DNA of 64,000 bases from Candidatus Multivoradales bacterium (GCA_965248925.1 CBDFLE010000005.1:2080001-2144000), one strand, 5' to 3'. Positions 37,846 to 48,954 are shown, counted from the first letter of the stretch. Notes: a model not told the origin generated them from the letters alone. Numbers and translations are program-made.

Positions 37846-40373
37846 ACAGTCAGCAGTGGCAACAGATTGAAGCGCTGTTCGCCCGCGCCATTAAACTCGA
37901 TCCGCGGCAACGCCAAGAGTTGCTCGACCAGCAGGCCGTCGACGATCCGGAGCTGTGCCGCGAAGTGGCGGCCCTGCTCGCCGCCGACGAGGCCCCCGAG
38001 GACCCATTGGCGGCCACCGTGCGCGACGCCGCTGCCGAGCTCACCGGCAGCGAGCGGCACTCATGGGTCGGCCGCCGGGTAGGCGCCTGGCGGGTGCGCC
38101 AGCGGCTCGGCGTTGGCGGCATGAGTTCGGTCTACCTGGCGGTTCGCGACGACGATCAGTTCCGCAAGCGGGCGGCATTGAAAGTGGTCAAGCACGGCAT
38201 GGACTCCGACGCCATCTTGCGCCGCTTCGATCTCGAGCGGCACATCCTGGCCAGCCTCGAGCATCCCAATATCGCCCGCCTGCTCGACGCCGGCAGCACT
38301 GAGGAGGGCCTGCCATATTTCCTCATGGAGTACGTCTATGGCCTGCCGATCGACCGCTTCTGCGACGAACATCGACTGAGCGTCCAGGAACGCCTGGAAC
38401 TCTTCCTGCCGGTGTGCGCGGCGGTCTCCTACGCTCACCAGAACCTGATCGTCCACCGCGACCTCAAGCCGACCAACATCCTGGTCACCCCGGACGGCAT
38501 ACCCAAGCTGCTCGACTTCGGCATCGCCAAACTGCTCAATCCAGAGCTGGCGGCAGAGAATCTGGACCTCACCGGCGTGACCTTACAGCCGATGACGCCG
38601 GGCTACGCCAGCCCCGAGCAGCTCGCCGGCGCGCCGGTGACCACCGCCAGCGACATCTACTCGCTCGGTGTCCTGCTGACCCTGATGCTGACCGGCCGGC
38701 GGCCTTATCGCCTGGACAGCCAACCGGCCGACTTCGAACGCCTGGTCCGCGAGACCCAGGCCGACTCGCCCAGCGCGACGCTGGCCCGGCCGCCCTCCGA
38801 GCAGCTCGGCGAGCCCAGTGTGGAGGAGATCGCCGAACTCCGCCGTAGCCAACCCAGCGCGCTGCTGCGCAGCCTTCGGGGCGATATCGACGCGATCGCC
38901 GAAACCGCCCTGCGGCAAGAGCCTCAACGCCGCTATCCCTCCGTGGATCGCTTGAGCGAAGACCTCAGGCGCTTTCTCGACGGTCGCCCGGTGTCGGTGC
39001 GGGGCAACGACTTCACCTATCGCGCCGGCCGCTTCCTGCGCCGCCACCGCTGGCCGATCGCCAGCGCCGCGCTGGCCGCCCTGGTGCTGATCGCCTCCCT
39101 CATCGCCCTGGTCGTGCAGAGCCAACGCCTGGCCAGCGAGCGCGACATCTCCAACCGTCAACGGCTGCGCGCAGAGCGCGTGTCGAGCTTCTTGATCGAT
39201 CTATTCCAAGTCACCGATCCGAGCCAAGCTCAGGGAACCACGGTCACCGCCCGCGAGCTGCTCGACCGCGGCGCGATGGGACTCTCAGAGGATCTGCACG
39301 ACGAGCCGGCGGTACAAGCCACCTTGCTGCAGACGGTCGGTCAGGTCTATCAGCAGCTCGGTCTCTACGACAGCGCCGAGCCACTGCTCGAGCGTTCGCT
39401 GAGTCTGCGCCGGCAGAGCCTCGGGGCGGAACACGAGACGGTCGCCGACAGCCTCAACCGGCTCGCCATCCTGCAAGTCTCTCGCGGCTACTACGACCGG
39501 GCCGTACCGCTGTTCCGCGAAACTCTGGAGCTGCGCCAACGGCGTTTCGGGCCTGAGCACGAGCTGATCGCGGCGAGCCTCAACAACCTGGCGCTGGCCT
39601 ATCACGATCTCGGCGAGCTGGCCGAAGCCGAGCAGCTCTACCGCCAGGCGATGGCGATGGACCAGGCCTTGTTCGGCCGCGACCACCCGGCGACGGTCAC
39701 TGACGCCGCCAACTTGGGCTTGCTGCTGCACGACCTGGGCCGCGATAGCGAAGCAGAGCAGCTGCTGGTACACGTCGTGCGCATTCGCGAAGGGGAACTC
39801 GGGCGGCGCCACCCCGATGTCGCTGAAGCACTGACTTTCCTCGGCATGGCGGTGGTCGGCCAGGGGCGCCATGGCGAAGCGGAGACCATACATCGGCGCG
39901 CCCTCGACATTCACCGAGATGTGCTGGGCAACCAGCACCCGGAGCTGGCGCGCAGCCTGCGAGCGCTGGCCGAGACGCTACTCGCCAGCGGCCGCCACGA
40001 GGCCGCCGAGACCCTCGAACGAGAAGCTCTCGAGCTGCGCCGCGGGCAGCTCGGCGAGCACCATCCGGAAGTGGCCAGCAGCCTGGCCGGCCTGGCCGCC
40101 ACCGTCGCTGATGTGCGGCCGGCCCAAGCCGAGCAGCTCTACCGCCAGGCTTACGAGCTGCAGCGCCGCACCCTGCGTCCCGGTCATTTGGAGACGGCCG
40201 CCACCACCGTCGGCCTGGGCCGGCTGCTGCTGACCCGCGGCGCGGCGGCCGAGGCCGAGCCATTGCTCGCCGAAGCGCTGGCCATCTACCGCCGTTACTT
40301 GCCGGAAAACGACCGCAGGCGCGAATCGCTCAGCGCCGACCTGGAGCGCTGCCGTCGTCAGTCGCGGCCCTGA
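37842..40373 (+). CDS. Membrane Ser/Thr kinase with TPR repeats
   Basis: TTG start overlaps the ECF stop; 'LGVGGMSSVY', 'HRDLKPTNIL', 'DFGIAK', TM, multiple 'HP..A.SL..LA' TPRs. Confidence 0.94.
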   Translation: MNSQQWQQIEALFARAIKLDPRQRQELLDQQAVDDPELCREVAALLAADEAPEDPLAATVRDAAAELTGSERHSWVGRRVGAWRVRQRLGVGGMSSVYLAVRDDDQFRKRAALKVVKHGMDSDAILRRFDLERHILASLEHPNIARLLDAGSTEEGLPYFLMEYVYGLPIDRFCDEHRLSVQERLELFLPVCAAVSYAHQNLIVHRDLKPTNILVTPDGIPKLLDFGIAKLLNPELAAENLDLTGVTLQPMTPGYASPEQLAGAPVTTASDIYSLGVLLTLMLTGRRPYRLDSQPADFERLVRETQADSPSATLARPPSEQLGEPSVEEIAELRRSQPSALLRSLRGDIDAIAETALRQEPQRRYPSVDRLSEDLRRFLDGRPVSVRGNDFTYRAGRFLRRHRWPIASAALAALVLIASLIALVVQSQRLASERDISNRQRLRAERVSSFLIDLFQVTDPSQAQGTTVTARELLDRGAMGLSEDLHDEPAVQATLLQTVGQVYQQLGLYDSAEPLLERSLSLRRQSLGAEHETVADSLNRLAILQVSRGYYDRAVPLFRETLELRQRRFGPEHELIAASLNNLALAYHDLGELAEAEQLYRQAMAMDQALFGRDHPATVTDAANLGLLLHDLGRDSEAEQLLVHVVRIREGELGRRHPDVAEALTFLGMAVVGQGRHGEAETIHRRALDIHRDVLGNQHPELARSLRALAETLLASGRHEAAETLEREALELRRGQLGEHHPEVASSLAGLAATVADVRPAQAEQLYRQAYELQRRTLRPGHLETAATTVGLGRLLLTRGAAAEAEPLLAEALAIYRRYLPENDRRRESLSADLERCRRQSRP

Positions 40374-40487
40374 CCCCGAGGTTTCTTATCGCCTTGGCTG
40401 GCGATTGCCGCTTTAGCTTGTCGAGCCGATCTTCGATCGGAGGTCATTTCTTTCTGGATGTAGAGAAAAATAGAAAAGGAACTCGAC

Positions 40488-43400
40488 ATGCAAATGCGTC
40501 GCACCCTCGCCGCCTCGTTGGTAATGCTGGTCACCAGCGCTCACCCCGGACTCGCCCAGGCCGAAACGGCCGCCACAGCCGAGGCCGTCAGGCCACCGAG
40601 CTTCACCTTTGGCAAGTCCCTCGACCTCGCTCTTCCCGCCGGGTCCGATCCGACACACCTGATCGTCAAGGTCGCCAAGCCGGCGGCGATACCGACGGAT
40701 CGGGCCAAGGCCGATGGCACCCTGACCACCAACGCCAGCACGCCGGCTCTGCTCGACACCCTAAGAGCGCGGGTCGGCGGAATGACCGTCATGCCTCTAT
40801 TCGACATGCCGCGGCTGGCGCTCGACATGTTGCGCCTGGAGGGGGAGCGGCGCAGCGGCAAACGGTTGGTCGATCTCTCGACCTTCTACGTCGTGCGCCT
40901 CGGCGACGCCGCCGCCGCCGCCGATGTTCTGGCGGCGTTGCTGCTCGACGACAATGTCGAGACGGTCTACGCTCGACCGAGCACCACCGGGCCGGTAGAC
41001 ATCGCCCCTCCCACTCCCTACTACGGAAGCGGACAGACCTACCGCGGCATCGGCCCGGACGGCGTCGATTTCGATAGTGCGACCAGCGCGCCGGAGAATC
41101 TGAGCGGCGCCGGAGTGACCCTCGCCGACGTGGAGCAGAATTGGAGCCTCGACCATGAAGACCTCGATCACCTGCTGGCCTCGCAGATGCCGGCGGCACC
41201 GCTGGTGCCGGTCTGCGATTGGGCGGATGCCGATTGCGACAATCCTCTCGGTCGCTGCTCGACCCGACCGACCAGCTGCACCAACCCGGCGGATGTCGAT
41301 CACGGCATGGCCGTTCTCGGTGTGCTGACTGCCAACCGTGGTTCCTACGGCGTCGACGGCTTCGCCACCGGCGCCACTATCCGAGTGGTGCCCACCAGCC
41401 GGCTGAGCAACCCGAACTGGACCGGGGTCAATGCCGTCATGACGGCGATTCTGGCGCTAGATCCCGGCGATATCATCCTGTTGGAAGCACAGATCCAGGT
41501 GGGCTTGGCAGACTTCGTCCCCTTCGAGACCTTCCCGGCAGAGTTCGCCGTCGTCGAGCAAGCGACGGCGCTGGGGATTCATGTCATCGAGCCCGCCGCC
41601 AACACGCTCCATGGCATGAATCTCGATACCGACCCGCGAGTCCTCGAGCCCGGCAGCACCGGACCGCTACCGCGCAGCCTCTTCAACCGCTATGTTCGCG
41701 ACTCCGGCTCGGTGCTGGTCGGTGGCGGCGATTCGGCCTCTTTCTTTCAGCAGCCCAACGGCAACTACCATCGCCGCTATTGCAACTCGAACTACGGCAG
41801 CCGGGTCGACACCTACGCCTGGGGACAGAACGTCACCACCGCCGGCTACGCCGGACGAATTCCGGGTGCCGGCTGCAACCTACACACCAGCAGCCCGAAC
41901 CTGAATCAAGATTACACCGCCTGTTTCAACGGCACCTCCAGTGCCGGCGCCATCGCCGCCGCCGCCGCCGCCCTGCTCGAAGAGCGCCACCAGCGAGACT
42001 ATGGACGCCCTTTCAGTCCTCGCGAATTGCGCAACCACCTGAGCCTCGGCACCCCTTCGACCGCGCCCATAATCTCCACCTGCGCCAACGTCGTCGGCAC
42101 CGTCGGCCACCAACCGGATCTCAGGTATGCCATGGACTTCCTCGATCAGGGCGGCATCATCAGCCATCTATTCGAGGCTGAGCCCGGAGTCGCCACCGGC
42201 AGCCCCGAGTATGAGTTCGGTGCCGCGATCGCCGAAGTTGGTGATCTGGACCAGGACGGCACGGTCGATCTGGCGATTGGCGCGCCGAATACCACCGTGC
42301 CGAACGGCACCGGTGGGACGATCACCGAGGCCGGCAGAGTCTACGTCTTCTCCGGCCGCTCTGGCCGGCTGCTGCTCCGCCAGGATGGCACCCAGGCTTT
42401 CGAGCACTTCGGCTCGGCGGTCGCCAAGCTGGATAGCTGGCCGGGCTTTCCTTGGGGTGGCGTGGCCATTGGCGCCTCTGGCTGGGACGACACCACCGCA
42501 TCGCTCACCGATGCCGGCGATGTTCGAACTTTCTGGTATATCCCAATTTCGACCACGCCGAGCGGCAACTCACTGCAGCCAATCCCCGGATCGGCCTACA
42601 ACGGAACGACCACCAGCGAGTTCTATGGCGAAGCGATCGCCTATCTGGCGCCGGACCGGATCTTGATCGGCGCTCCCGGCGACGTCCAGGCCTTCCCCGC
42701 TGCGGTGACGGGCAGCGCGACGGTGTTAAGAGCCACCGGCCAGGTGCTTTACAAGAGCAGCGGCACCGCGATTGGCGATGACCATGGATATGCTGTTGCC
42801 GCCGCTGGCGATCTCAACAGTGACGGGACTACCGACTGGCTGGTCGGTGCTCCGGGCGCGGTCGTTTCGAGCGTCGCCGATTCTGGAACCGTCACCGCCT
42901 TCTCCGGTGCCACCGGCACCGTGCTGTTCTCCAAGAAGGGTGATCGGGTGGTCAATCTCTCGACTCCGGCCTTGCGCTACGGTTCCGCCCTGGCGACGGT
43001 CGACTTCGATAGCGACGGCACCCCCGAGGTCGCGGTCGGGGTGCCGGGCTCGCCTCATTCCGGTCCCGGATCGACCACCGGACGGGTCGACTTGCTGGAC
43101 AAGAGCGGCAATCGCCTGGCTTGGGTCTCGGGCACCCATCCGCGCTCTTTCTTCGGCTCTTCCCTGGCCTCGGTCGGCGATTTCGACGGCGACGGCTTTG
43201 ACGATCTGGCGGTCGGCGTGCCAACCAATACCTCCGCGTTCTTCCTCGCCACTCCCGGTGGCGAGGTGGTGATCTTGCGCGGCCGCAAGCCCAACAACGA
43301 CGGCAGCTACACGCCGATCGCCCAGCGGCGCTTCTGGACCCTCGCTCCGCGCACCCAGTGGGGCTCAGCGGTGGCGGTATCAGCCGACTTGAACGGCGAC

Positions 43401-43937
43401 GGCAACCCGGAGGTCTTCGCCGCCGAGCCGTTCGGGCAAGATGGTGGGCGGGCGTTCATCTTCAGCTCCGGGCCGGCGCCCGATCCCTGGGCCAACCAGC
43501 CGCGGCTGATCGCCGACGCCGGGGTGATCGAGGTCAAAGACGTCTCGACCAACGGCCAGGCGTCCGGCTGTGACGGCCTCACCGGTGGCCTCACCTCACC
43601 CGCGGACAGCAGCTTCGTCATCGATGCCGGGCCCGCTTGGGCCGGAGAGAGTTTCGCCGTCCTCGGCATCGATGCCAACGGCGCCTTCATCGACTGGGGC
43701 CCGTTCCTGGTCAACAACATCGGCACTCTCGATGCCAATGGGCGCAGCCCGCTGATCTCACCACCGACCCTCGGTCCCTTCCCGGCCAATCAGACCTGTC
43801 CGACCTTCATCGGCGCAAGTTTCGATTTCCTTGGCGTGGCGTTCAAACTGCGGGGAGGAGTCATCACTGAATTGCAAGTCACCAATCAAACATCGGTACA
43901 GCTAATCACCGAATTCACCAACTGCACCTGCCCGTAG
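40488..43937 (+). CDS. Secreted S8 (subtilisin-like) peptidase with FG-GAP/integrin-alpha-type repeats
   Basis: Signal peptide; catalytic 'ADVEQ', 'DHGMAVLG', 'EPAAN', 'FNGTSSA'; repeats 'FG.A....GD.D.DG..DLAIGAP'. Confidence 0.88.
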   Translation: MQMRRTLAASLVMLVTSAHPGLAQAETAATAEAVRPPSFTFGKSLDLALPAGSDPTHLIVKVAKPAAIPTDRAKADGTLTTNASTPALLDTLRARVGGMTVMPLFDMPRLALDMLRLEGERRSGKRLVDLSTFYVVRLGDAAAAADVLAALLLDDNVETVYARPSTTGPVDIAPPTPYYGSGQTYRGIGPDGVDFDSATSAPENLSGAGVTLADVEQNWSLDHEDLDHLLASQMPAAPLVPVCDWADADCDNPLGRCSTRPTSCTNPADVDHGMAVLGVLTANRGSYGVDGFATGATIRVVPTSRLSNPNWTGVNAVMTAILALDPGDIILLEAQIQVGLADFVPFETFPAEFAVVEQATALGIHVIEPAANTLHGMNLDTDPRVLEPGSTGPLPRSLFNRYVRDSGSVLVGGGDSASFFQQPNGNYHRRYCNSNYGSRVDTYAWGQNVTTAGYAGRIPGAGCNLHTSSPNLNQDYTACFNGTSSAGAIAAAAAALLEERHQRDYGRPFSPRELRNHLSLGTPSTAPIISTCANVVGTVGHQPDLRYAMDFLDQGGIISHLFEAEPGVATGSPEYEFGAAIAEVGDLDQDGTVDLAIGAPNTTVPNGTGGTITEAGRVYVFSGRSGRLLLRQDGTQAFEHFGSAVAKLDSWPGFPWGGVAIGASGWDDTTASLTDAGDVRTFWYIPISTTPSGNSLQPIPGSAYNGTTTSEFYGEAIAYLAPDRILIGAPGDVQAFPAAVTGSATVLRATGQVLYKSSGTAIGDDHGYAVAAAGDLNSDGTTDWLVGAPGAVVSSVADSGTVTAFSGATGTVLFSKKGDRVVNLSTPALRYGSALATVDFDSDGTPEVAVGVPGSPHSGPGSTTGRVDLLDKSGNRLAWVSGTHPRSFFGSSLASVGDFDGDGFDDLAVGVPTNTSAFFLATPGGEVVILRGRKPNNDGSYTPIAQRRFWTLAPRTQWGSAVAVSADLNGDGNPEVFAAEPFGQDGGRAFIFSSGPAPDPWANQPRLIADAGVIEVKDVSTNGQASGCDGLTGGLTSPADSSFVIDAGPAWAGESFAVLGIDANGAFIDWGPFLVNNIGTLDANGRSPLISPPTLGPFPANQTCPTFIGASFDFLGVAFKLRGGVITELQVTNQTSVQLITEFTNCTCP

Positions 43938-43995
43938 CAATGCTCCGCGCCGTCTCCGGTACCGGCGTCAGCGCGGCTTCTCGCTAACTGGAGTT

Positions 43996-44029
43996 CAGAC
44001 CTTCGGCCAAGTCACTAGCCGAAGGTCTG
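43996..44029. terminator. 12-bp perfect hairpin downstream of the S8 gene
   Basis: CAGACCTTCGGC-N10-GCCGAAGGTCTG; no clear U-tract. Confidence 0.5.
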
Positions 44030-44165
44030 GCTGCGAAGCAATAAATAGCCTCATCGCAATACCAGTAGCGCGGCGACTGCCATCGCGACCCCGCTGTTCT
44101 TCTTGCCGCGGCCGACTGGGTCACCTGATCGAGTGCTAGGCTCCACCACCAACTAGGAGTGCTCG

Positions 44166-44672
44166 ATGTCGCCCAGCCCCCCTGTGCCGTTGTCCAATTC
44201 CCGTCTTGAAGAGCTTCTCGAGCCCAGCTTTAGCGGCTCGCGGCTGAACCTATTCTCGATCCGGGCGTGCTTCTTCGTTGCCTTCTTCGGCGGCGTCTTT
44301 GCCACCGCCGTTTTCGGCCTGGTCAACGCCAGCCGCATGAGTCGAGGGTGGAGGGACGGCTGGATCTATGTGCTGGCGGCGATCGTCTGGGCGGTATTTG
44401 TGGTCTGGGCCGCCTATGGCCTGACCACCGGAACCCTCCCGTCGTGGTTGCGCTTCGCCGGTTCAGGGCGCTCGCTACGCTATGCCGGACGCTTCGTAGC
44501 TTTGGCGGTTCTGGGCCTGATGTACCTGCGGCAGAAGACCTTTTTCCGCACCCAGGAACTCACCGGCGCCGACCCCGCCGATCCATGGCCGGTGGCCTTG
44601 AGCGCCTTCGCGGCGGCCTTTTTCATCACCTCCGGTTTGGCCTTGATCGGCCATCTCATGGCGGGCGCATAA
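44166..44672 (+). CDS. Hypothetical membrane protein (about 4 TM)
   Basis: AGGAG RBS; hydrophobic segments. Confidence 0.7.
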   Translation: MSPSPPVPLSNSRLEELLEPSFSGSRLNLFSIRACFFVAFFGGVFATAVFGLVNASRMSRGWRDGWIYVLAAIVWAVFVVWAAYGLTTGTLPSWLRFAGSGRSLRYAGRFVALAVLGLMYLRQKTFFRTQELTGADPADPWPVALSAFAAAFFITSGLALIGHLMAGA

Positions 44673-44804
44673 GGGACGGCGAATTTTGCTTAGCGGCCGC
44701 TTGCCGCTATTCGAAGAACGCCAACTCGGCGGCGTCTACGACGAAGCCGAGCGGCTCATCACCGATCAGTTCCGCAAATTCGCTAGTTCGGCGGCGCTAG
44801 GCTA

Positions 44805-45049
44805 CCGCCACCACCAACGCTGTCAGCAGCCAGCCGCCCCTCACTTCGAGTTCAGCGGCTCGCCCATCTTTGGTGGTTGGAATGGGTCGTCTCTTTGCAC
44901 CAGTCGCGAACCGCAGCCTGGCCTCGGATAGCGCGTGGAAGCCTGCAACGGCGCCCATAACATCGCTGCAAGATGAACCTCCCGAACCCCAAGCCGTAAA
45001 GCCTGATAGCTGCTGAAGACCCAACCATGGAAATTCGCCGGGCGCCGCC
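44805..45049. repeat. Diverged copy of 54421-54682 (5' end of the YfhO-like gene plus divergent intergenic region)
   Basis: Shared blocks: TGTCAGCAGCCAGCC, CGGCTCGCCCATCTTTGGTGGTTGGAAT, AGATGAAC, TGATAGC.GCTGA.GACCCAACCATGGAA. Confidence 0.88.
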
Positions 45050-45098
45050 ATGAGATCCAGATCTCGCCTCGCGAACTCACTACAAAGAGAATCTCAGC

Positions 45099-47585
45099 AT
45101 GACTCACCGAGCCGAGCACCACGACCCGAGGAAAGGGATCGCCCGAGACGAAACCCAGACTTTCGCCGGCACGGGGACCCCAAGATCCACTGGACCGACC
45201 CTGCACCGTGGAAAACTCCTCGGAAGATATGTCGTTCTCTACGCTTTGGGAAGCGGTGGCATGGGCACCGTCTATGCCGCCTTCGATCCCGAGCTTGAGC
45301 GCAAAGTCGCTCTCAAAGTCCTGCGCCACGACCTCCGCCGGTCCGCAGGCGCCGCCGCCCAAGCGAAACTCCGCCGCGAAGCCCAGGCAATAGCCAAGCT
45401 CGCCCATCCCAACGTGGTGGCGGTCCACGATGTCGGCAGGGTCGAGGATCAGTTGTTTATCGCGATGGAGATCATCGAAGGCTCGACCCTGGGCCAGTGG
45501 CTAGACCGGCCAGGGGTCAATTGGCGACAGGTGATCGAGGTTTTTCTCCAGGCTGGACGGGGCCTGGCCGCCGCCCACGATCAGGGCCTGATCCATCGCG
45601 ATTTCAAGCCGAGCAACGTCATGGTCGGAGCCGACGGAAGAGTCCGCGTGCTCGACTTTGGCCTCGCCCGTGCCGCGGATTCCCCACTCCCACACCCACA
45701 GGTCGATCGCGAAGACTCGATGAGTTCCGGAACCGTGCCTGTTAGACCCTCGATACGACCCCAAATGACAACCTCCCGAGGCTTGGGAACCCCGGCCTAC
45801 GTTGCCCCTGAGCTGCTGACCGGGGCCTCCCCCGACGCAAGATCCGATCAATATAGTTTCTGCCTCTCCTTCTATGAATCACTGCACAGCGAGCTGCCGG
45901 GAGCCACCACTAGCGGCCGCAACCAGCAACCGAGAATCCCCAGATGGCTCCGTCAACTGCTTGCCCGTGGTCTCTCTCCAGACCCCGATCAGCGCTTTAA
46001 GTCGATGAGAGCCTTGCTCGCAGCGCTCGAAAAAGGCGCTCACCGGCGAGCCAGGCAGTGGCTAGTGGTGGCAGTACTGGCAACTGCCACGGTGACGTCC
46101 TTCGGCCTCTGGCGCTCCTTTCGGCCACTCAACCCGATGCTTTGCCAAGGTGCTGAACGCCGGCTAGAGGGGATTTGGGACGAGCAACGCAAGGCGGCGG
46201 GCTTGGCCGCCTTCACCGCTGTTGGCGAACCCTTCGTGATGGACACCTGGGAGCAAGTCAGCGCGACTCTGGATTCCTACACCGCCAACTGGACCCGGCA
46301 GAACGTCGAAGCCTGCGAAGCCACCCATCTACGGGGTGAGCAGAGCGAGCAGCTGCTCGATCTGCAAGTAGCCTGCCTCGATCGGCGACTGCAGGAAGTC
46401 GAGGCGGCTACTGATCTCCTCCTCGAGGCAGACGAGCAGATCGCCTACAACGCGATCAAACTTGCCAACTTACCCGGCGATCTTGGGCTCTGTTCCGACC
46501 GCGAAGCGCTGCTGGCGGATCTTCCACCGCCGCCGAATCCCGAAACCGCCAGCCGAGTCAGCGAGATTCGAGCGCTGCTCGTCGAGGCCCGGGCGCTAGA
46601 CAACGCCGGCAAATATCACCAAGCCCACTCTGTCGCCATCTCGGCGACGAAGCAGGCCGCCGATTTGCCCTACCTACCGATCCAAGGCGAGGCTTTGTTT
46701 CGCCTCAGCCAGGAGGCGGCTCGGGCCGGCCAGCGAGCACAGATGACCGATACCCTGCTCGAGGTTGCCAGAATTGCCCTCACCGCCAGCCACGACGAGC
46801 TACTGGCGCGCGCTCTGACCCACTTGATTCTGGCCAGTTGGCTGCGCGGCGAAGGAGCGGAAGCTCACCGCTGGGCCGATCTCGCGGAGGGAGCCATCGA
46901 GGGTCTGGCCCGGCCTCATGAGCTGATCAGCCAACGCTTCTTCTTCCTTGGCATGGTCGCCAACATGGAAGAGAAACCCGAGGCGGCGATCGCCTTCTTC
47001 CAGCAGTCGGCGGAGACCAATCTGAGGACCAATCCTCTCGACCACTTGGTGACGCTCAACAACCTGGGTGTCGCCCATCGCCTACTCGGTCAGCTTGACG
47101 AGGCACGGGCAAAGTATCAAGAAAGTCTGGAGGTGACCCGGCAAGCCTACGGTGCCCGACACCCGGCGCTGGCCGGTATTTATGTCAGTCTCGGCGAGCT
47201 GAGTCTGGACCAGGGAGACTTCGAGGCAGCACTGTCGTCCTACCGCGACTCCCTCACCATTAGCACCGCCGCCACCAGCGCCGCGGATCCCCACCGCTCC
47301 TTTGCCCTGATCGGGATCGGTCGAGCTCTCCTCGGTCTCGGTCGTCCTACCGCCGCCCTCGAACCGCTCGCCGAAGCTGTCCGCCTGGGCGAGGCTCAGA
47401 CCCTCGATCCCCTAACCCTGTCGATCAGTCGCTTTCAGCTGGCTCGGGCCCAATGGGATTCGGGAGCGGACCGGGGCCGCGCCAGAGGCCTCGCGGTGCA
47501 GGCAAGAAACACCCAACAAACCCTCGGCGAGCGCGCTGCCGCGGAGCTGACGGCATCAGAGACCTGGCTCGCCGAGCATCGTTGA
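45099..47585 (+). CDS. Ser/Thr kinase with TM, Cys-containing extracellular region and TPRs
   Basis: 'LGSGGMGTVYAAFDPELERKVALK', 'HRDFKPSNV', 'DFGLA', 'GTPAYVAPE'; 'ACEATH.RGEQS..LLD....CLDRR' motif; TPRs. Confidence 0.93.
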   Translation: MTHRAEHHDPRKGIARDETQTFAGTGTPRSTGPTLHRGKLLGRYVVLYALGSGGMGTVYAAFDPELERKVALKVLRHDLRRSAGAAAQAKLRREAQAIAKLAHPNVVAVHDVGRVEDQLFIAMEIIEGSTLGQWLDRPGVNWRQVIEVFLQAGRGLAAAHDQGLIHRDFKPSNVMVGADGRVRVLDFGLARAADSPLPHPQVDREDSMSSGTVPVRPSIRPQMTTSRGLGTPAYVAPELLTGASPDARSDQYSFCLSFYESLHSELPGATTSGRNQQPRIPRWLRQLLARGLSPDPDQRFKSMRALLAALEKGAHRRARQWLVVAVLATATVTSFGLWRSFRPLNPMLCQGAERRLEGIWDEQRKAAGLAAFTAVGEPFVMDTWEQVSATLDSYTANWTRQNVEACEATHLRGEQSEQLLDLQVACLDRRLQEVEAATDLLLEADEQIAYNAIKLANLPGDLGLCSDREALLADLPPPPNPETASRVSEIRALLVEARALDNAGKYHQAHSVAISATKQAADLPYLPIQGEALFRLSQEAARAGQRAQMTDTLLEVARIALTASHDELLARALTHLILASWLRGEGAEAHRWADLAEGAIEGLARPHELISQRFFFLGMVANMEEKPEAAIAFFQQSAETNLRTNPLDHLVTLNNLGVAHRLLGQLDEARAKYQESLEVTRQAYGARHPALAGIYVSLGELSLDQGDFEAALSSYRDSLTISTAATSAADPHRSFALIGIGRALLGLGRPTAALEPLAEAVRLGEAQTLDPLTLSISRFQLARAQWDSGADRGRARGLAVQARNTQQTLGERAAAELTASETWLAEHR

Positions 47586-47649
47586 AAGAGGGAGCCAGCA
47601 GAAGCGCCGGCCCCCTTCACCGCTCAATCAGCGAGATCGAAGTGCCCGC

Positions 47650-48633
47650 TCACCAGCAGAAGTTGGACGAAGGAAGAGGCGCGAAGCAGCTCCCAGGAAA
47701 AGCAAAGGTCCAACAGTACGAAGTCTCGTTCGCGACACTTTGCGAAGTCGTCGTACTGCAATTGGCGTGGGTTGTAGTAGTCGTCGTGGTGACTCTGAAG
47801 ACCCGTCGAGTATCAAAGTAGAAATCGATCGGATAGGGAGCGAAGAATCTGCGGTCTTGAACACAGGTCGGCCCACCTATGAAGGTCTCTGAGATCAGCA
47901 CAAACGACTGAGTCGTCGTGGTCTTCGGAGTGCAAGTGGCAGGAACGCAATCATCAAGACATTGTTCGTAATCGTCATCACATGCGAGATGGCATGAGAA
48001 GGGAGGGCCTCCGCAAGCGTTGTGACAGGCAGTCTCTTCTGCCACGCATTGGTTCTCACAAGCACCCTTTGCGGCAACCGGATCAGCGATCCTGTGCTGC
48101 ACGGCGTCCGAGCTCAAGTTCGAGCTAAGGGCGTGAGGGGTAGGCATGTCCTGTTGTAACGCGGTGGTGCGCGATTCTAGCTCGGCTAAGGAAAGAGTCT
48201 CGAAGACCTCGCCATTGAGGCGTAGCACCAGCTCGACTTCACCATCGCTAGTCTTCTCCGTGCGGCGCAGCTGAGCCCGCCGAGCCGGATCGAGCGCCAG
48301 CAGCTCGACCACCGAGCCGCCGAGGTCCTGCTGCACAGGTCCCGCAGCGATCAGTGGTTTATGCTCGCGCAGCGTAATCTGCTCTAGAAACAGACTTCCG
48401 CCATCGAGAGTAGCCTCGAACTCGACGAAGTCCGCGCCGGCAACAAGCACTGTCGAAAACTGATAAAAAAGGAGCGTTCGATCGACTTCATAGGCGCCTT
48501 CGGTGACCAGGACGTCCGAACTCGCACGAAGTTTGGACAACAGCTCCTCGGTCTGGCAGCCTTCGCCAGCGGCGAACACCGGAACCGAGATCAGCAGACT
48601 GAGAGAGAGCAAGGCAAGGATGATTTTTTTCAT
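47650..48633 (-). CDS. Secreted Cys-rich hypothetical protein
   Basis: Signal peptide MKKIILALLSLSLLISVPVFA; C-terminal 'CENQC....ACHNAC....CHLAC....CLDDC' and Thr-rich segments. Confidence 0.8.
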   Translation of the reverse strand: MKKIILALLSLSLLISVPVFAAGEGCQTEELLSKLRASSDVLVTEGAYEVDRTLLFYQFSTVLVAGADFVEFEATLDGGSLFLEQITLREHKPLIAAGPVQQDLGGSVVELLALDPARRAQLRRTEKTSDGEVELVLRLNGEVFETLSLAELESRTTALQQDMPTPHALSSNLSSDAVQHRIADPVAAKGACENQCVAEETACHNACGGPPFSCHLACDDDYEQCLDDCVPATCTPKTTTTQSFVLISETFIGGPTCVQDRRFFAPYPIDFYFDTRRVFRVTTTTTTTHANCSTTTSQSVANETSYCWTFAFPGSCFAPLPSSNFCW

Positions 48634-48954
48634 AGTGAGGTATCCTCTGTCGATGATGAGCCGACGGCAGACCAGAGCGTCGCGGCCGGCGGAATGAACC
48701 TTTAGGACTTTGCTGTGTGATCTCTGGATCAGAACCGTATGCACGGCGCCAACCCGCATTGAAGAATTTCAGTCTCCTTTTCGAATAGTGCAGGCGGCCC
48801 TCTGATCGGCCAGCCACAGCCGATACTCGGTTCTCCCCGCGGGCTGTCGTCTCGGGTGTTTCTGTGAGCACCAATCAATATACAGTCCTCGATGTTGTCC
48901 TCGTTTGGGATGATGCCAACGACGATCGACCAGCACCCATCATTCTTTGCCAAG

